Origin: Azolla caroliniana
Lineage: Eukaryota > Plantae > Polypodiophyta
Reading direction: 5' to 3'
Length of the DNA stretch: 64,000 bases
Assembly: GCA_043228905.1 (NCBI GenBank)
Contig: JBHGNT010000011.1
Location: 16,182,001-16,246,000, forward strand
This document shows positions 22,401 to 34,700 of this stretch, in pieces. The notes under the pieces were generated by a model, which worked only from the letters and a program-made list of their open reading frames with translations, did no database searches and was not told the origin of the DNA. Each line of letters opens with the position of its first letter. Within the stretch, counting starts at the first letter, position 1. A program made the position numbers and the translations under genes.

Positions 22401-25063
22401 TTTTGGCTGTCTTAAGAGACCTGCACCCCAATCATCATGTCTGACCCCACTTAAGAGACTCTTCATTTTCAGCTCATTAATATATTTAGATTGATCACAC
22501 ACAATCATCATGTCTGACCCACTTAAGAGGCTCTTCATTTTCAGCTCATTAATATATTTAGATTGATCACACACACATAGAAAGAGAGGGAGACAGATCC
22601 AAAGGTTTTTCTGTTCAGTGGTACAAACCATATTCATCAATGGGAGCATCATAGTCGTAGCTTGTGGCTATAAATGGCCCCCCCGCAGTGCGCTCGAAGT
22701 TGGTTCCTCCATGGTACTAAAGTCATGTACGACGTTCATATCCATGCAAAATAGATTATGATAAGGTACTAATATTCAATCAAATGGATGCAGAACTATT
22801 TCGTTCCAAACCAGTACTGATGCTCTCATGTGGGCTAACAAACTAGTTATAAATTCAGTTGAATTGTATAGGTGGTCCTTCATGCATATACATATATAAT
22901 ATACATAGCATATAATAGTTCTGGATTGTATAGGTGGTCCTTCATGCATATACACTATATACTGTACATACCATATAATAGTTCTGGAACGTGCCACCCT
23001 TCTGGAAGAACCTTGCCACAGCAAATGCAATGTCTTCAACGGGCCGATAGGGTTGCAAGCCTCCGAATGAGAGGAACCTGCCATCGATAACACGAGAAAT
23101 AGATAGATTTTTACGGGCGATGTTAAATTATCCCCCACATGGGAAGTAAAATCACATTTGAGTAAAAATGAAAAGCTCAGCCTCTCTTTAAGTCTAAAGC
23201 CAATTTACCATCCTGTCCAATTTTCTGTCCACATCTTCGGTTTGGTGGGCGAATTCGGCTCGAAGTGGTCACAATAGAATCCATTGCATGTATTGATCTG
23301 GTTAAAGAAATTGGGTTTCCGGCCCATGTCAGTGATAGGCAGATTAGGAAGGAAATGAATTATAAGTAGGGTTATATCAAAAAGAGTTAAAAAGAGACAT
23401 ACGATAGGAAGAGGAGCATCTTGCTGTTGGCACATAACCCATGGCACTTTTGTGTCCAGTCCTAAAGCCATGTCTGCAGCCCAATGCATGTACCTCTTGC
23501 CTGATGGCCCATATGGCGCATCTATGTTTCCATACTCATTCTCGATCTGCAATATGGACATTATTATACATGCATCGTCTCAACAATATATATTGTTAGA
23601 AAACCAATGAGAGTCTGCCTTTCTGTGTAACATGTTGAATATTATTAATTTCTGATCTAGATTCCTTCTTCAATATTGCCCACATGAGCTTCATATCCAG
23701 TTACAGACAAATACATATACACATTATAATGTTTATAACTCATAGACAATTACATACGCATAATAATGTTTATAACTCGTGGATAATACATATACATATG
23801 TTTATACCTGAGTTAAGATTACAGGTCCTCCTTGCCAATAGAATAGATTTTCGTCTTTCAGCATGCCCACAATCTTGCTTGTAATTCTCTTCATTTCAGC
23901 CTGTCGCCCCCCGATGATGATCAAGCCCAAAGTTTCCATATAGAGCCAAAATTCAGCATGATGTGATGGACAGGTTTGCCGATCAGGACATTTGAAGCAC
24001 AAACATATATTATTACTTTACAACGACGATGAATTTTGATAGAGATGTAGATGGTTTAATCGCAATAAAAATCTATATAATTCAGTCAAACCTTGAACAC
24101 TGCGTTATCAGTCCTGAGCTCTATTCCAGGAAGGAAGTGTAACCACATGGGAAATCCGCTGAAACACAGATAAAAGCACCAATTAATTTAAGATCAGGCA
24201 CAATGAAGCAAAATTGTTTCTTGAACGTGAATAGATTAATTCGATCATTGATTCATTAATATACCCATAGTTCCATTCCGCGCATGCATAGGGTCCGATC
24301 CGAAGATGGAAATAGAGACCGGCCTTTTGCGTCTCTTTAATGAACCGAACTAGATCCAGCCTCCCATCAAACACATACTGCAAGAAATCATCATTATATT
24401 ACTTCGAAAGATCCTTCATCATCTTCCCTCAACACAAACGTGACAGATAAGTAATACTAAAAATGAAACGATTGATCCGTTTTTCCTGCAGCGCAGATCA
24501 TGGTATTGATCGGTTTATGTAGTGAATTACCTTCCCCTGCTGAGGCTCATGCATGTTCCAGAACATGTAGCTCTCAATCACATCCACGCCGCCAAGCTTG
24601 GCTTTCCCAATGAGGTCGCCCCACATCTAGCACACACACAGACAGACAGACACAGAGAGAGCCATTTACAATGAATTAGTAACTCTTGGTGATGATGATG
24701 GTGATGGTGATGGCGATGGCGATGGATAGATAAAGCTCTACTTAAATGCATTATTACCTGGGGAGTGCTTCGTGGGTAATGTATGGATGCAGAGATGAGG
24801 AGCTTGCGCTGTCCATCGATGAGGATGGCACGCTGGTCATAACTCACGTTCCTGGCCATCGTAGGAGTAGCGGAGCAGAAGGAGGGGAGGGAGAGGGAAG
24901 CCTGCATTCCCATACTAAGCTCAAGAAGAAGAAGGAGAAGAAGAAGAAGAAGAAGCGGCGCTGCTGCTGCAGAAGCTGGCGATGGCGATGGCGATGGCGA
25001 TAGATTGCGCTGCTTCTGCCGCCGCCGCCGCCAAGGCGGCAGCGGGCTCTTGATCATCATCAT
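19475..25063 (-). CDS. BGAL: Beta-galactosidase, glycoside hydrolase family 35, with C-terminal galactose-binding (SUEL) lectin domain; ~918 aa, 18 exons
   Basis: Exons: 25063-24758, 24626-24531, 24377-24265, 24158-24092, 23900-23808, 23546-23403, 23297-23209, 23077-22972, 22716-22629, 22420-22302, 22067-21643, 21511-21411, 21252-21143, 21024-20902, 20694-20557, 20427-20204, 20016-19719, 19591-19475. All introns are GT-AG and the sum is 2757 nt. Motifs [26 protein letters not shown] and WTENWTGW (catalytic Glu residues), [17 protein letters not shown] and [11 protein letters not shown] are present. Confidence 0.96.
22429..22574. repeat. Tandem duplication, 2 x 73 bp, in BGAL intron 9
   Basis: CAATCATCATGTCTGACCC...GATTGATCACACAC occurs at 22429 and 22502. 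Confidence 0.9.
22863..22988. repeat. Tandem duplication, 2 x ~62 bp, spanning the BGAL exon 8 donor
   Basis: ATTGTATAGGTGGTCCTTCATGCATATAC...CATATAATAGTTCTGGA occurs at 22863 and 22925. Confidence 0.88.
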
Positions 25064-27344
25064 ATTAGAGAGAGAGTTTGGCCACCTGGTGGAGAGGGAG
25101 CGTCTGTCTGTCTTTGTCTTTTTCAGATGGTAATTGATTGCTTTGCTTTTATTTACTTATTTACATATATAGCCCTGCCTCCCTGAAAACGCAACCAGAC
25201 ACATAGAGAGAGAGAGAGAGAGAGAGAGACGTTCTTCTTCTTCTTCTTCTTCTTCTATTTGTTTTTTTGTTTTGTGTTGTGTTGATCCACCCATGTATTG
25301 TATGTAATATGTAGTAGTAGAAATACTGATATTTGCGTTTCCGTATTGAAAGCTATTGCGTTATATCATATGAATATATACGTACGTTTTTTAGGGTTTC
25401 GTTTCCTGGAATGAATAACACGTGTGTCCCCTCTCTCTCTCTAGACTCTCTCTCTCTCTCTCTCTCTTAGAGGGGGGGGGGGGGGGGGGGGCGATTTGAT
25501 TAAGTTTTGATTACACGTTTGGAAGCCTCCCAATCCATCATCACACACACAATACACTTACATACTTCATGCAATCCTTCTTCTCCTCCTCCATCAATGT
25601 TGTGCCTCGTCCAATTTGTCAACGCCACTTGGCTCTCCACCACCACCACTATCACGAGAAGTGTAGCTCAGGTTCTCAAGCTCCATGCTCCACCTCGCAT
25701 CATAGTCATCTTGAGGAGGGATGGTGTGATGACCATAGAAGTTAATTATACTCATATGTAGTCATATGTAGAGAGATGGTTACGAACATGCTCATATCAT
25801 AGATGCTAAAGCTAGTTGTGCTCACTTGCAACTTTAAATTTTTGTAGCTGCAAAACACACATATTTGCCAAGGGAGCTACATGCACTCCTTGAAGACATT
25901 GCCCTCATGCACATAATTGTCTTGCAAAGGTTCCATAACACTCTTGAACCCTACGTATATCTTATCCTTTGGCGTGGTGCAATCTTAATGATTCAAAATG
26001 GGGTGCCTCTATATATCATCTATATTGAGGCACCACATCCGGGTCGAACGATTCTAATTCAACAACAATACTATAGCTTCTAGCATTTGGTTAGTGTTGG
26101 GCTATTGCATTTACAAAGACTTTATCTTGTTCACATTTCATATATTTCTTGCATACTTTCACATCTTCTATGAATTTTCCTTCTTTTTGCACAATAGCAT
26201 ATACAAAAGAAAACTGAAGGAATTGATTGATTCTAGTACTATGTCACTGCTTCACAATGTTGCTCATGCATAATTACAAGAAGAATCAACCACTGGGATT
26301 ATAAATCTACACAAATTGTCTATCGATTGAGTAGATACAACAGGGAATATTACATGCAAAGACATAGCAAATTTGGATTCTTTAGGATAAGATTAGTTTG
26401 CAATGATGAGATTGGTTCATTTTCTTGTAACTAATTTAAACGAACCATTTCACTGAATCTAAGAAGATATTATTTACAAACTTCAGTTTCATAAATAATT
26501 AGAAAGATAACACTCTTCTTTTGGAAAAAAGGGTTTTGATGGTAGATAGATTCCATAAGAAATAAAAATTCCAACAAAAGAGAAACTTGGGGAGCCAATC
26601 GATGTGGAGATCGTTGCCTTTGCATGTGCATTTCCCCACCCTATTGGAAAAAGAGACGCGCATCCACAAGCTCTTAACAATGTTATTCATTGGTTCCATG
26701 ATAAGGACCAGTTTCCCCAACTCAATCAGTTCTTCCAAATTTTAATTCAAAATTTCTGCCTCAATGCAATAAAGCCAGAGCGATAGACATCCTTGATACC
26801 TATCTCGAAAATGTGCGGGAGATCATTAGACTCTATTTGTCAATCACAAGCTTCCCCTGTACAATATTATGATTGAGAGTCAAAAGAGATGTCGTCTCCT
26901 CCTCCTCCTCCTTCTTTCTTTTTATCAAGCCATCCTTGAACAACAACATTATGGAGCAGGTGTGGGTCACTTATATGATTGATCGATTGTGAAGCTCATA
27001 ATAGTTTTCGAGTGAAGGCAATTAAATTAATATGTGTGTATGTATGTATATACGTATAATTTCATTTGTGAAAGTATCATTCCATCATCTAATGGTTGGT
27101 TCCCTAATGTTCCCCGACCTTTTTCCTTCCCTTCGTCATGTTTTATGTAACACCTTCAGGTCTCTTTTGTTATAACTTATAAGCATATATGTATACATAT
27201 ATATAATATATATACATAGTACATACATTAAAATCACATTATCTCGATTCTAATTACCCTCCTTCCTTCCTTCCCTCCCACGGTTCCTCTCGTTTTCTCT
27301 GCAATCTTCGCCATCGCCATCGCCATCGCCATCTCCATCTAACT

Positions 27345-29541
27345 ATGTACAGGGGTCGAGGTCGCAGCCCTTGGATCGGGAGCGGGAGCGGTGGTGGTGG
27401 TGGACTCCTTCTGACCCTTGCCTTCCACGCAGTCGCGCAGTACGCGGGTAGCGACGGTAAGCCCCCCGTCACCGCTGCTCTGATCATAGCGAACGTCCTC
27501 CTCTTCCTCAGGCCGGGGAGACTCGACGAAATCCTCCCCACCGTTGCGGATGTCTGCCTCAACCCTCACACCATCCTAAAGGTTGGCTTTCTTTATCTGA
27601 TTGAATGGGTACGGTTGTTTGTTGATTCGTATTGAAAAGCTCATTTTTTTCCTTCTTGCTTGTTGTCTTGATCCGTTTTGGAAGAAGAATCTCATCAAAC
27701 CTATTGAAATTTTTTCACTTTTCGATGCATTTCTATAGTAGTTGTTGATCTGTTTTTGAAGAAGATTCAGATGAAGAGGAATGTTGTGTTCTTTCAAAGT
27801 TCATCTGTTTTGTGTGTATTGTTTCACTTCAGCTGCTTCATGTATGATCACGCGATGAGGGTTTTAATCATTGTGAGAATAAATTCACTTAAACCTTTTG
27901 CATTGTATCCCACCAATGAACTATTTTTATCCTAGTATAATGAAAGTTTTCCAAGTTTAAATCTAGCAGTATTCAAAGAAAGGATGTTTTTTTAACAAAA
28001 GACTTATAAGGCATCTTCGTCTGAATTCATTTAAATTAGTTACAACAAGAATGATCTGAATATTGCTAGATTTGTCTTTGGAACTTTGATTCAGAATACG
28101 TTTGGAATGCTTGGCTCATTGTGAATTGCATGTAAAAGTGACCAGCCTACAGACAAAACCCTTGTTTGCATTCTATTGTTTTCGCTAATGTTTGCATGGC
28201 ATCAGTACCTTGTGGTTTACAGGTGTATCAACAAACAATAGTACCAAATGAAATATGTCTCAAATAGCTCTCATGCAGAACCTGAACCTTTTATAGCACA
28301 TCACATGTGAATCCATCATTATAACCACTTGTATTTTACGGAAGCAACAGCATTGAATTTCCAAGTATACAAAACAAGACCACTTTAATGTTGACTTTGA
28401 TGGGGCAACACCCTACGTTTGGAATGCAGTTATCACGATGATTGTGACTACAGTATGTCCAATCGATAACCAAATCAGAGTCCCAAACAATAAAGATGTA
28501 AATTAGATGTAAATTAGTTACTGCATTGTAAGATGGAACAATAAACTGTCTCAAAGACAAGTTCGTGTGTTTTCTATCGCTCTTTTTTGTATTTGTTGAC
28601 TTCAAATCTACTGGTGCGACCAATCATTTCTAGCGTTTTTTCAACATCTCTTTTAAAAGTTTTCTACTCAACATTTTGATATCAAAACGTTTCTATTTTT
28701 CTAGGATTGGGATCTCAAGCGGTTGTTTCTTTCAGCATTTTATCATCTTGATGAGACACATCTGGTATACAACATGCTCTCACTCTTGTGGAAAGGAGTA
28801 CAGCTCGAAAGGAGAATGGGGAGCCTTAAATTTGCTGAAATGGTTGCCGTGCTTCTTGGATTATCACATGGTTTAGTTGTGGTACTTGCCAAGGGATTAA
28901 ATACTTTTTTCGATTATCCTGATGCTCTCTATTCACATTGTGCCATCGGATTTTCCGGAGTCTTATTTGCTCTCAAAGTAGTATTGAACTCTGACTCTCC
29001 AAACTTCACCGATGTATATGGAGTCCTTGTTCCTGCTCGCTATGCAGCTTGGGCTGAATTAGTACTCATACAAATGTTTGTTCCAGGAACCTCTTTCTTA
29101 GGTCATCTATGTGGCATCATAGCTGGCTGGCTTTATGTTCACAATGCAAATTGGCTTACTGCGAGTGGAATTTTTAGTTACCTGTCTCATCAGCTCATCA
29201 CCCTTCGGAACAGATTCCTGAACTTCAGAAGGTTCCATTGGTGGTTACCATTTTATAGGAGAGGTAGAACACTTGGTCGAGAAGACCAAAGAAGAAGTGA
29301 TAGTTCTAACTCTTTTTTGGAGGCTACAAGGCCAGTGTGGCGGTGTCAGATGTGTACTTATGATAATCCTATCTATGAAGCTGCTTGTGAGATGTGTGGT
29401 GCATCACATTTAACACATGACACTAGGTTACCATCAGCACCTCCTATGGACGATATGAGAGATGTAAATCTTGCTGCTTCTTCTTCTTCGCCCTCTGTTA
29501 ATGAAATGCGACGAGCACGACTAGCACGCTTCAGCCGATGA
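27345..29541 (+). CDS. RBL14: Rhomboid-like protease 14 (RHBDL4-type) with RanBP2-type zinc finger and VCP-binding-like C-terminus; ~357 aa, 2 exons
   Basis: Exons 27345-27581 and 28705-29541 (phase 0). Motifs KPPVTAALIIAN, LFLSAFYH...HLVYNM, catalytic GFSG and GHL, WRCQMCTYDN...CEMCG, and terminal EMRRARLARFS. Confidence 0.93.
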
Positions 29542-29816
29542 ATACCACACATAGTGTGTAGTGAAGGCATCATTACTCTGGTCTAAGCTTAAGGAAGGTT
29601 ATTGTATATGTTTGATTGGCTTCAATTTCTGACATTTGTAGATACATCACTAACTGGCAGAATGAACAATGAAGATTCTTTGTATGTCAAGCAAATGTTA
29701 TCGTCTATTAATTTGTTCAGCATTTCACGTATAATTCTTACAGAAGTCACGTATAATTCCTATGGAAGGAGAGTATGCCTTTCGCAGTTAAACAAAGGAC
29801 TGAAAATCAAACATTA

Positions 29817-30006
29817 AAAATTCCCATGTTTCATTCTCATGTAAGGAATGTTTTTACCAAGGTTTTTGAGGTTCAAACTTTTAAAATTCCCATTTTTCAT
29901 TCTCATTTATGAAATGTTTTTACTGATTCTTTTTTACTTTCTAACTTCTAAGGTAACCAATGTTTCATTCTCATTTACAAAAGGTTTTTACTGAAGTTCT
30001 GAGGCT
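29817..30006. repeat. Imperfect tandem triplication of a ~68-75 bp unit downstream of RBL14
   Basis: TTTCATTCTCAT...TTTTTAC recurs three times. Confidence 0.7.
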
Positions 30007-31706
30007 CCATTGGTCTTGTAGTATGTTATGACTATCAACTGGTGGGGTGGTATTGTGATGTTAACAGTGTAAATCTCTGATTTGGCTCTGCAAAAGCATT
30101 GTGCTTCTTGAAAATAAAGATATGTGCGTAGAAATCTGACCCTACAATATGAATTATTTATTCATTGAACTTAAGCTCATTATAATCCGAGCCTCTCATT
30201 GATGACATAACAGCAATTTTAATTTAGGTAGGAGTCATTTATTAGGGTATTTTCTAGGTTATAGATACTAGAAAATCACAATGGCATTAAAGATACTCTA
30301 CACTCTATTGAGTGAAATTCCGACATTGAGAAAACTAGGAATTACTCATCATAAAATAGTTGAGATTTAGAAATCTCAATGCTAGACAGGTCGAACTTAT
30401 TAGATCCGTGTATTTTGATTCAGTGGAGGTGTTGGAATTACAATTCTGTGTTGGAATGTGAAAAGTCAACAATAAGAACATTGCTCTTAAGATAAGGTAT
30501 AGTTTTTGTAGAACTCTTACAAGATGTGACCATATGCGTTCCCATATAAATCAGTTTGATGTCATTCTACAACTCAAGGTGTTGAGCTTGAATCCAGCAA
30601 TGCAATAATCATGTTTATGTGCATACTGCCTAGTTGACGGGACAGATTTTGTCCAATGCTTTGAATACATCATATACCATACTCTCATCCAAAAATATAT
30701 GGCGGCACACTTCTCATCAAGGAGATCCACCAAAATTCTATATACTCTCATACACAAGGCCAAATGCATGCCCTATCTTACCATTGTTATCTGCATATGG
30801 AATGGTAAGATGTCAAATGTGCATGCTCTATCTCTCCATAGTTAAACCGTTCAAAGAGGACTGTTTATATAAATTGGTAAAGAGAAAATGCAAATTATAT
30901 ACTAGGAACTAAAATTTAACTACATTATATATCATCCTGATCATCACTAGTATTTATCTATGTTCCACTTTTTTGGATCAATGGGAATCACTTTTTTGGA
31001 TCAATGGGAATCACATCCAAAACTAAATTGACTCAATCCAATCATGTGACAGTATTACAGTTGCCAATAATGTAGCACTCCACCAAAAGAAGCTCTACCA
31101 TAACCCACTGGATTATTGTCCATGCACAAACAACTTAAACTTGTTGGTTTGACCAAGTCGAAACACTATAAAGGTACCTAAGCGAAGACAAAGCGAATTA
31201 AAAACAAAGGCTTGATACTCATTAACCAGTAAGGGCATTGCCGAATTCACACTCTCAATTCAAGAGCATACAAACTCAATTCTGGTTATTGTGAACACTT
31301 GCTTTATGCATTTGCAACAGTATGGCCAGCTGTATGTGACAGGACAAAGACATATCACTCTACACATTCAACAAACTTACAAAGGACGCATTTTTCACAC
31401 ATAATGCACAACTTCATGGTAACGTACACAGTAAGGATACACGCGAAGCTACTTTATCAACTAATAGTAGTGAGGAAACTACAATTTCACAATTCTACTT
31501 CATCCTACCATATACTTCTGTTATGTTGAACAATTTTCAAATTTCACAAAGTGATTCTATACTGTAATACTGCATCAATCATGGTAATTTCCTTCATCAC
31601 GATTGACAACTTTTTATAAATGGTACCCAAATGTTACAACAAACAGAAAATGCATCACCAAACATCATTCTATGTATAGAAATATAATGGTACACTGTCA
31701 GGAAGG

Positions 31707-34700
31707 CTAGAAATTTGCAGTTAAATCCTTGATTTCCTGAATTGTGATCTCCTGCACATGGTATTATTAAATCACGTGTCAGCAGCCCAGCATATTAAGA
31801 CTCTAAACAAGAATTAAAGCAAAGTAATCATTTATCATCAAATGGTCTTCTAACCTGTTCCTTTCCAGCAAAATCATTATCGTCTGTCAAAAAAAGCATA
31901 CAGTGGCACTCCTTTCTGCAATAATTAGCTAATAATCTCTCAGCCTTGGGGTTAAAGGCTCAACTTTCACCTCTATTACACCATACATATTTTTCTTAAT
32001 TTACTAGATGCCATTGCACATGACCTTCTGGTCACCGCCAAACAACCTTACCAACCTCTCTCTTTCTCTCTTTCACAATAGAAACATCTATATTTACTGT
32101 AAAGATGTACAAAGAACCCACAGAAGCTCTAACACAATGGATATACAATCTGGCAACACAATCGTTGAAATTACTGCAGAAGCTAAAAAAATACAGCTTC
32201 AAATCTAGTCCATGAACGACACGATTGCCTGATGGTGAAGGGAAATCCCAAAGAGTTTCTAGAACCAGTCCAGTCTGCAATTAGAGCACTAAACTGCGTA
32301 TAAAGGCAAAAAGGCAACATAAAACTATACTACTGTACTCCCTCCTTAAATATCCTTCCCTTTTCAAGCAAAAAAACTAGTTCTAAACTATCCCATTAAA
32401 ATCTTAATAAACAAATCCTAGTGAGCATTCTGAAATGTAACTGCCTTAACCCATCCACTAACCCATAGTAAATTTATTATGCCATTCCTGCCCACTCCTA
32501 TGATAGGGAGTAGGAACAATGTTCCTCTATGACTTTCTAGGTTAGGAATTACCATAAAATAATCAGCACAAGTTAACTTAGCTTGAAGTAACTGCAGACT
32601 AAACAGGAACATATGCAAGGGAACATGAGAAATATCACTGTTTTTTCATTTGAGCCAGGATTGAGTTAATTCCATCTTGGTACACAGGATCGTTCACCTT
32701 CTGATGTTTCAACCATACGGCCATGATATTTGCACCAAGGCCAAGAAACAGCCCAACTTGAACATTAGATGCTTTAGTCAGAGTGTTAATGAACTTGCCG
32801 ACATCCTTAGAGATATTCTCCATAGGCCTCTCTCTATGCACTAGTATTAACAATCGGCAACGGTTCGGTTCGGTTCAAAAACTGAACCGTTTAAAATTTT
32901 GAAACTTGAACTGAACTGAACAGAACCACGAAACCGTTAAACCAAACCGTTTAAAAAAATCAAACCGTTAAACCATTAAGCCGTTAACCCGTGGTTCGGT
33001 TCCATTGTCGACTGTTAACTAGTACCACAAAAGAATACAACTCATTACAGAGAGCCCTTCAGCCTACTTGAGATGGGATCTATTGGAAGCGACTACATAG
33101 TAGAAATACTTGGAGATTAGGGATGTGATGTGAGCATGTTCTAGTATTGCAACATAAAACATAGCTTTAGGGGATAACGCTGCTCATCAAAAGAGGAAAA
33201 TATATTCAGTAAAGTTGATGATACAAGCAGCATGAAACAATATTGCTAAAGATAGTTAGTAAGGTTGCAGTATGCCATACAAAAACAAAAGGCACGTCAT
33301 CTTTACTAAACACTTGCTGATAGCTAACACATTAACCACAGGTGAAACAGCAGTACAATCCTTGATTATGTGCTTAAGACACTTCGTTACGTAATGAAAA
33401 GTTGGTGTTTTAAGTCATCATAACACTCTCATACGACATAATTACCTCTCCCGCATAGGAACACATGGACAGTTCCAAAACCCTTGTTGAACTTCAGCTA
33501 CTTTATCATCATAATGCCTGCAAGTCACCAAAATATGATAGCTCAGAGTCAAATACTTGAACCATTGATGCATATTCAGCATCTATGACTGGGAATGTAC
33601 CTGCAAGGACAAAGGGGAGCCCCAAGAGCATCTTTGTGCTCTGCCAAACCCTATAGGACTCAACCAATAAAAACATTTAAAAACGAATTGATGAAATTAA
33701 AACATAAAAATCTATGGAAAAAAGCAAAACTGGTGGCAGTAAAGAAGATTTAATTTCTGAGAAAAGATAATCAATCTACAGCCTTGGAAGCCACTAGAGT
33801 TACACCTAACCAAACAAAAAATGTGTAGGCTACAACTGATTCTAATTTCAGTGTTACGCCATTAGAAATGCATAAAAATAAAAATAATGCAGCTACAAAG
33901 TTGTCATCCAATCCAACTTTTTTATCATCACCATTAGGTGAATCATGATTCATCAAGAGGACAGAACACCACCAGATCTGACACCTCTGCAGCTATTTTT
34001 ATTGTATTAACAGAACAAGCAAATGTGTGATGCATACAAGTCAAGAAAAATTGTGGAGCACGATATGCAGTGGGATACTTGTGCTCAGGTTACCCTCAAC
34101 CAAATACAAAATTTGCCTGTCAAGGTCATCCTATTTATAGATAGCTTAGGTGTGTTGGAGACATCAGGAAAAGCTACACATCTAGAAGTGCCATTTCAGG
34201 CATATTCTTGACTTGGAACTATAACATGTTGCACTTCAATAGTCGTAAAATATTTATCTTGGAATCTACATCGGCGACTCCGTCAAATTTTCTATCAATT
34301 TACTTTATTTAGATTCATCATATTATGAAGATTCGCAAAACTTAACTTTGATGACCACAGCTGTAACTCCTTTGTCCACACAAAAATATGTCCCAGAACG
34401 CCGTGCATATTGCTCTGAGAATTTCCTCATCAACTCAAGAGATTTGTCATCATCAGCTGTTTCAATCAGAAACATAGAGCAAATAATTTGGAATAAAGCT
34501 TGATAACATAGTATCGTCATCCTTGAAAAGTAAATGTTCTTTTTTCCAAGCATGCAACAATCACCTAGTAACAGTGTACTAGAAATTCACTAAGGCTTCC
34601 CTCTCCTGGATAATTGAATGTGTTCATTCGCAAAAAAGGGTACCATAAGTAAAGATTTAGACGAAGTGAATTTTAATAAGCATGTAGAATTTGATGTTTA

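Noticed and set aside
25472-25491. Long G homopolymer (also near 51806-51828) as a G-quadruplex regulator
   Set aside because: Homopolymer length is error-prone, such tracts recur in this window, and there is no supporting evidence.
26489-26830. Coding-like fragment (LEELIELGKLVLIMEPMNNIVKSLWMRVSF)
   Set aside because: No family recognised, and no start or splice structure; it would need tBLASTx.
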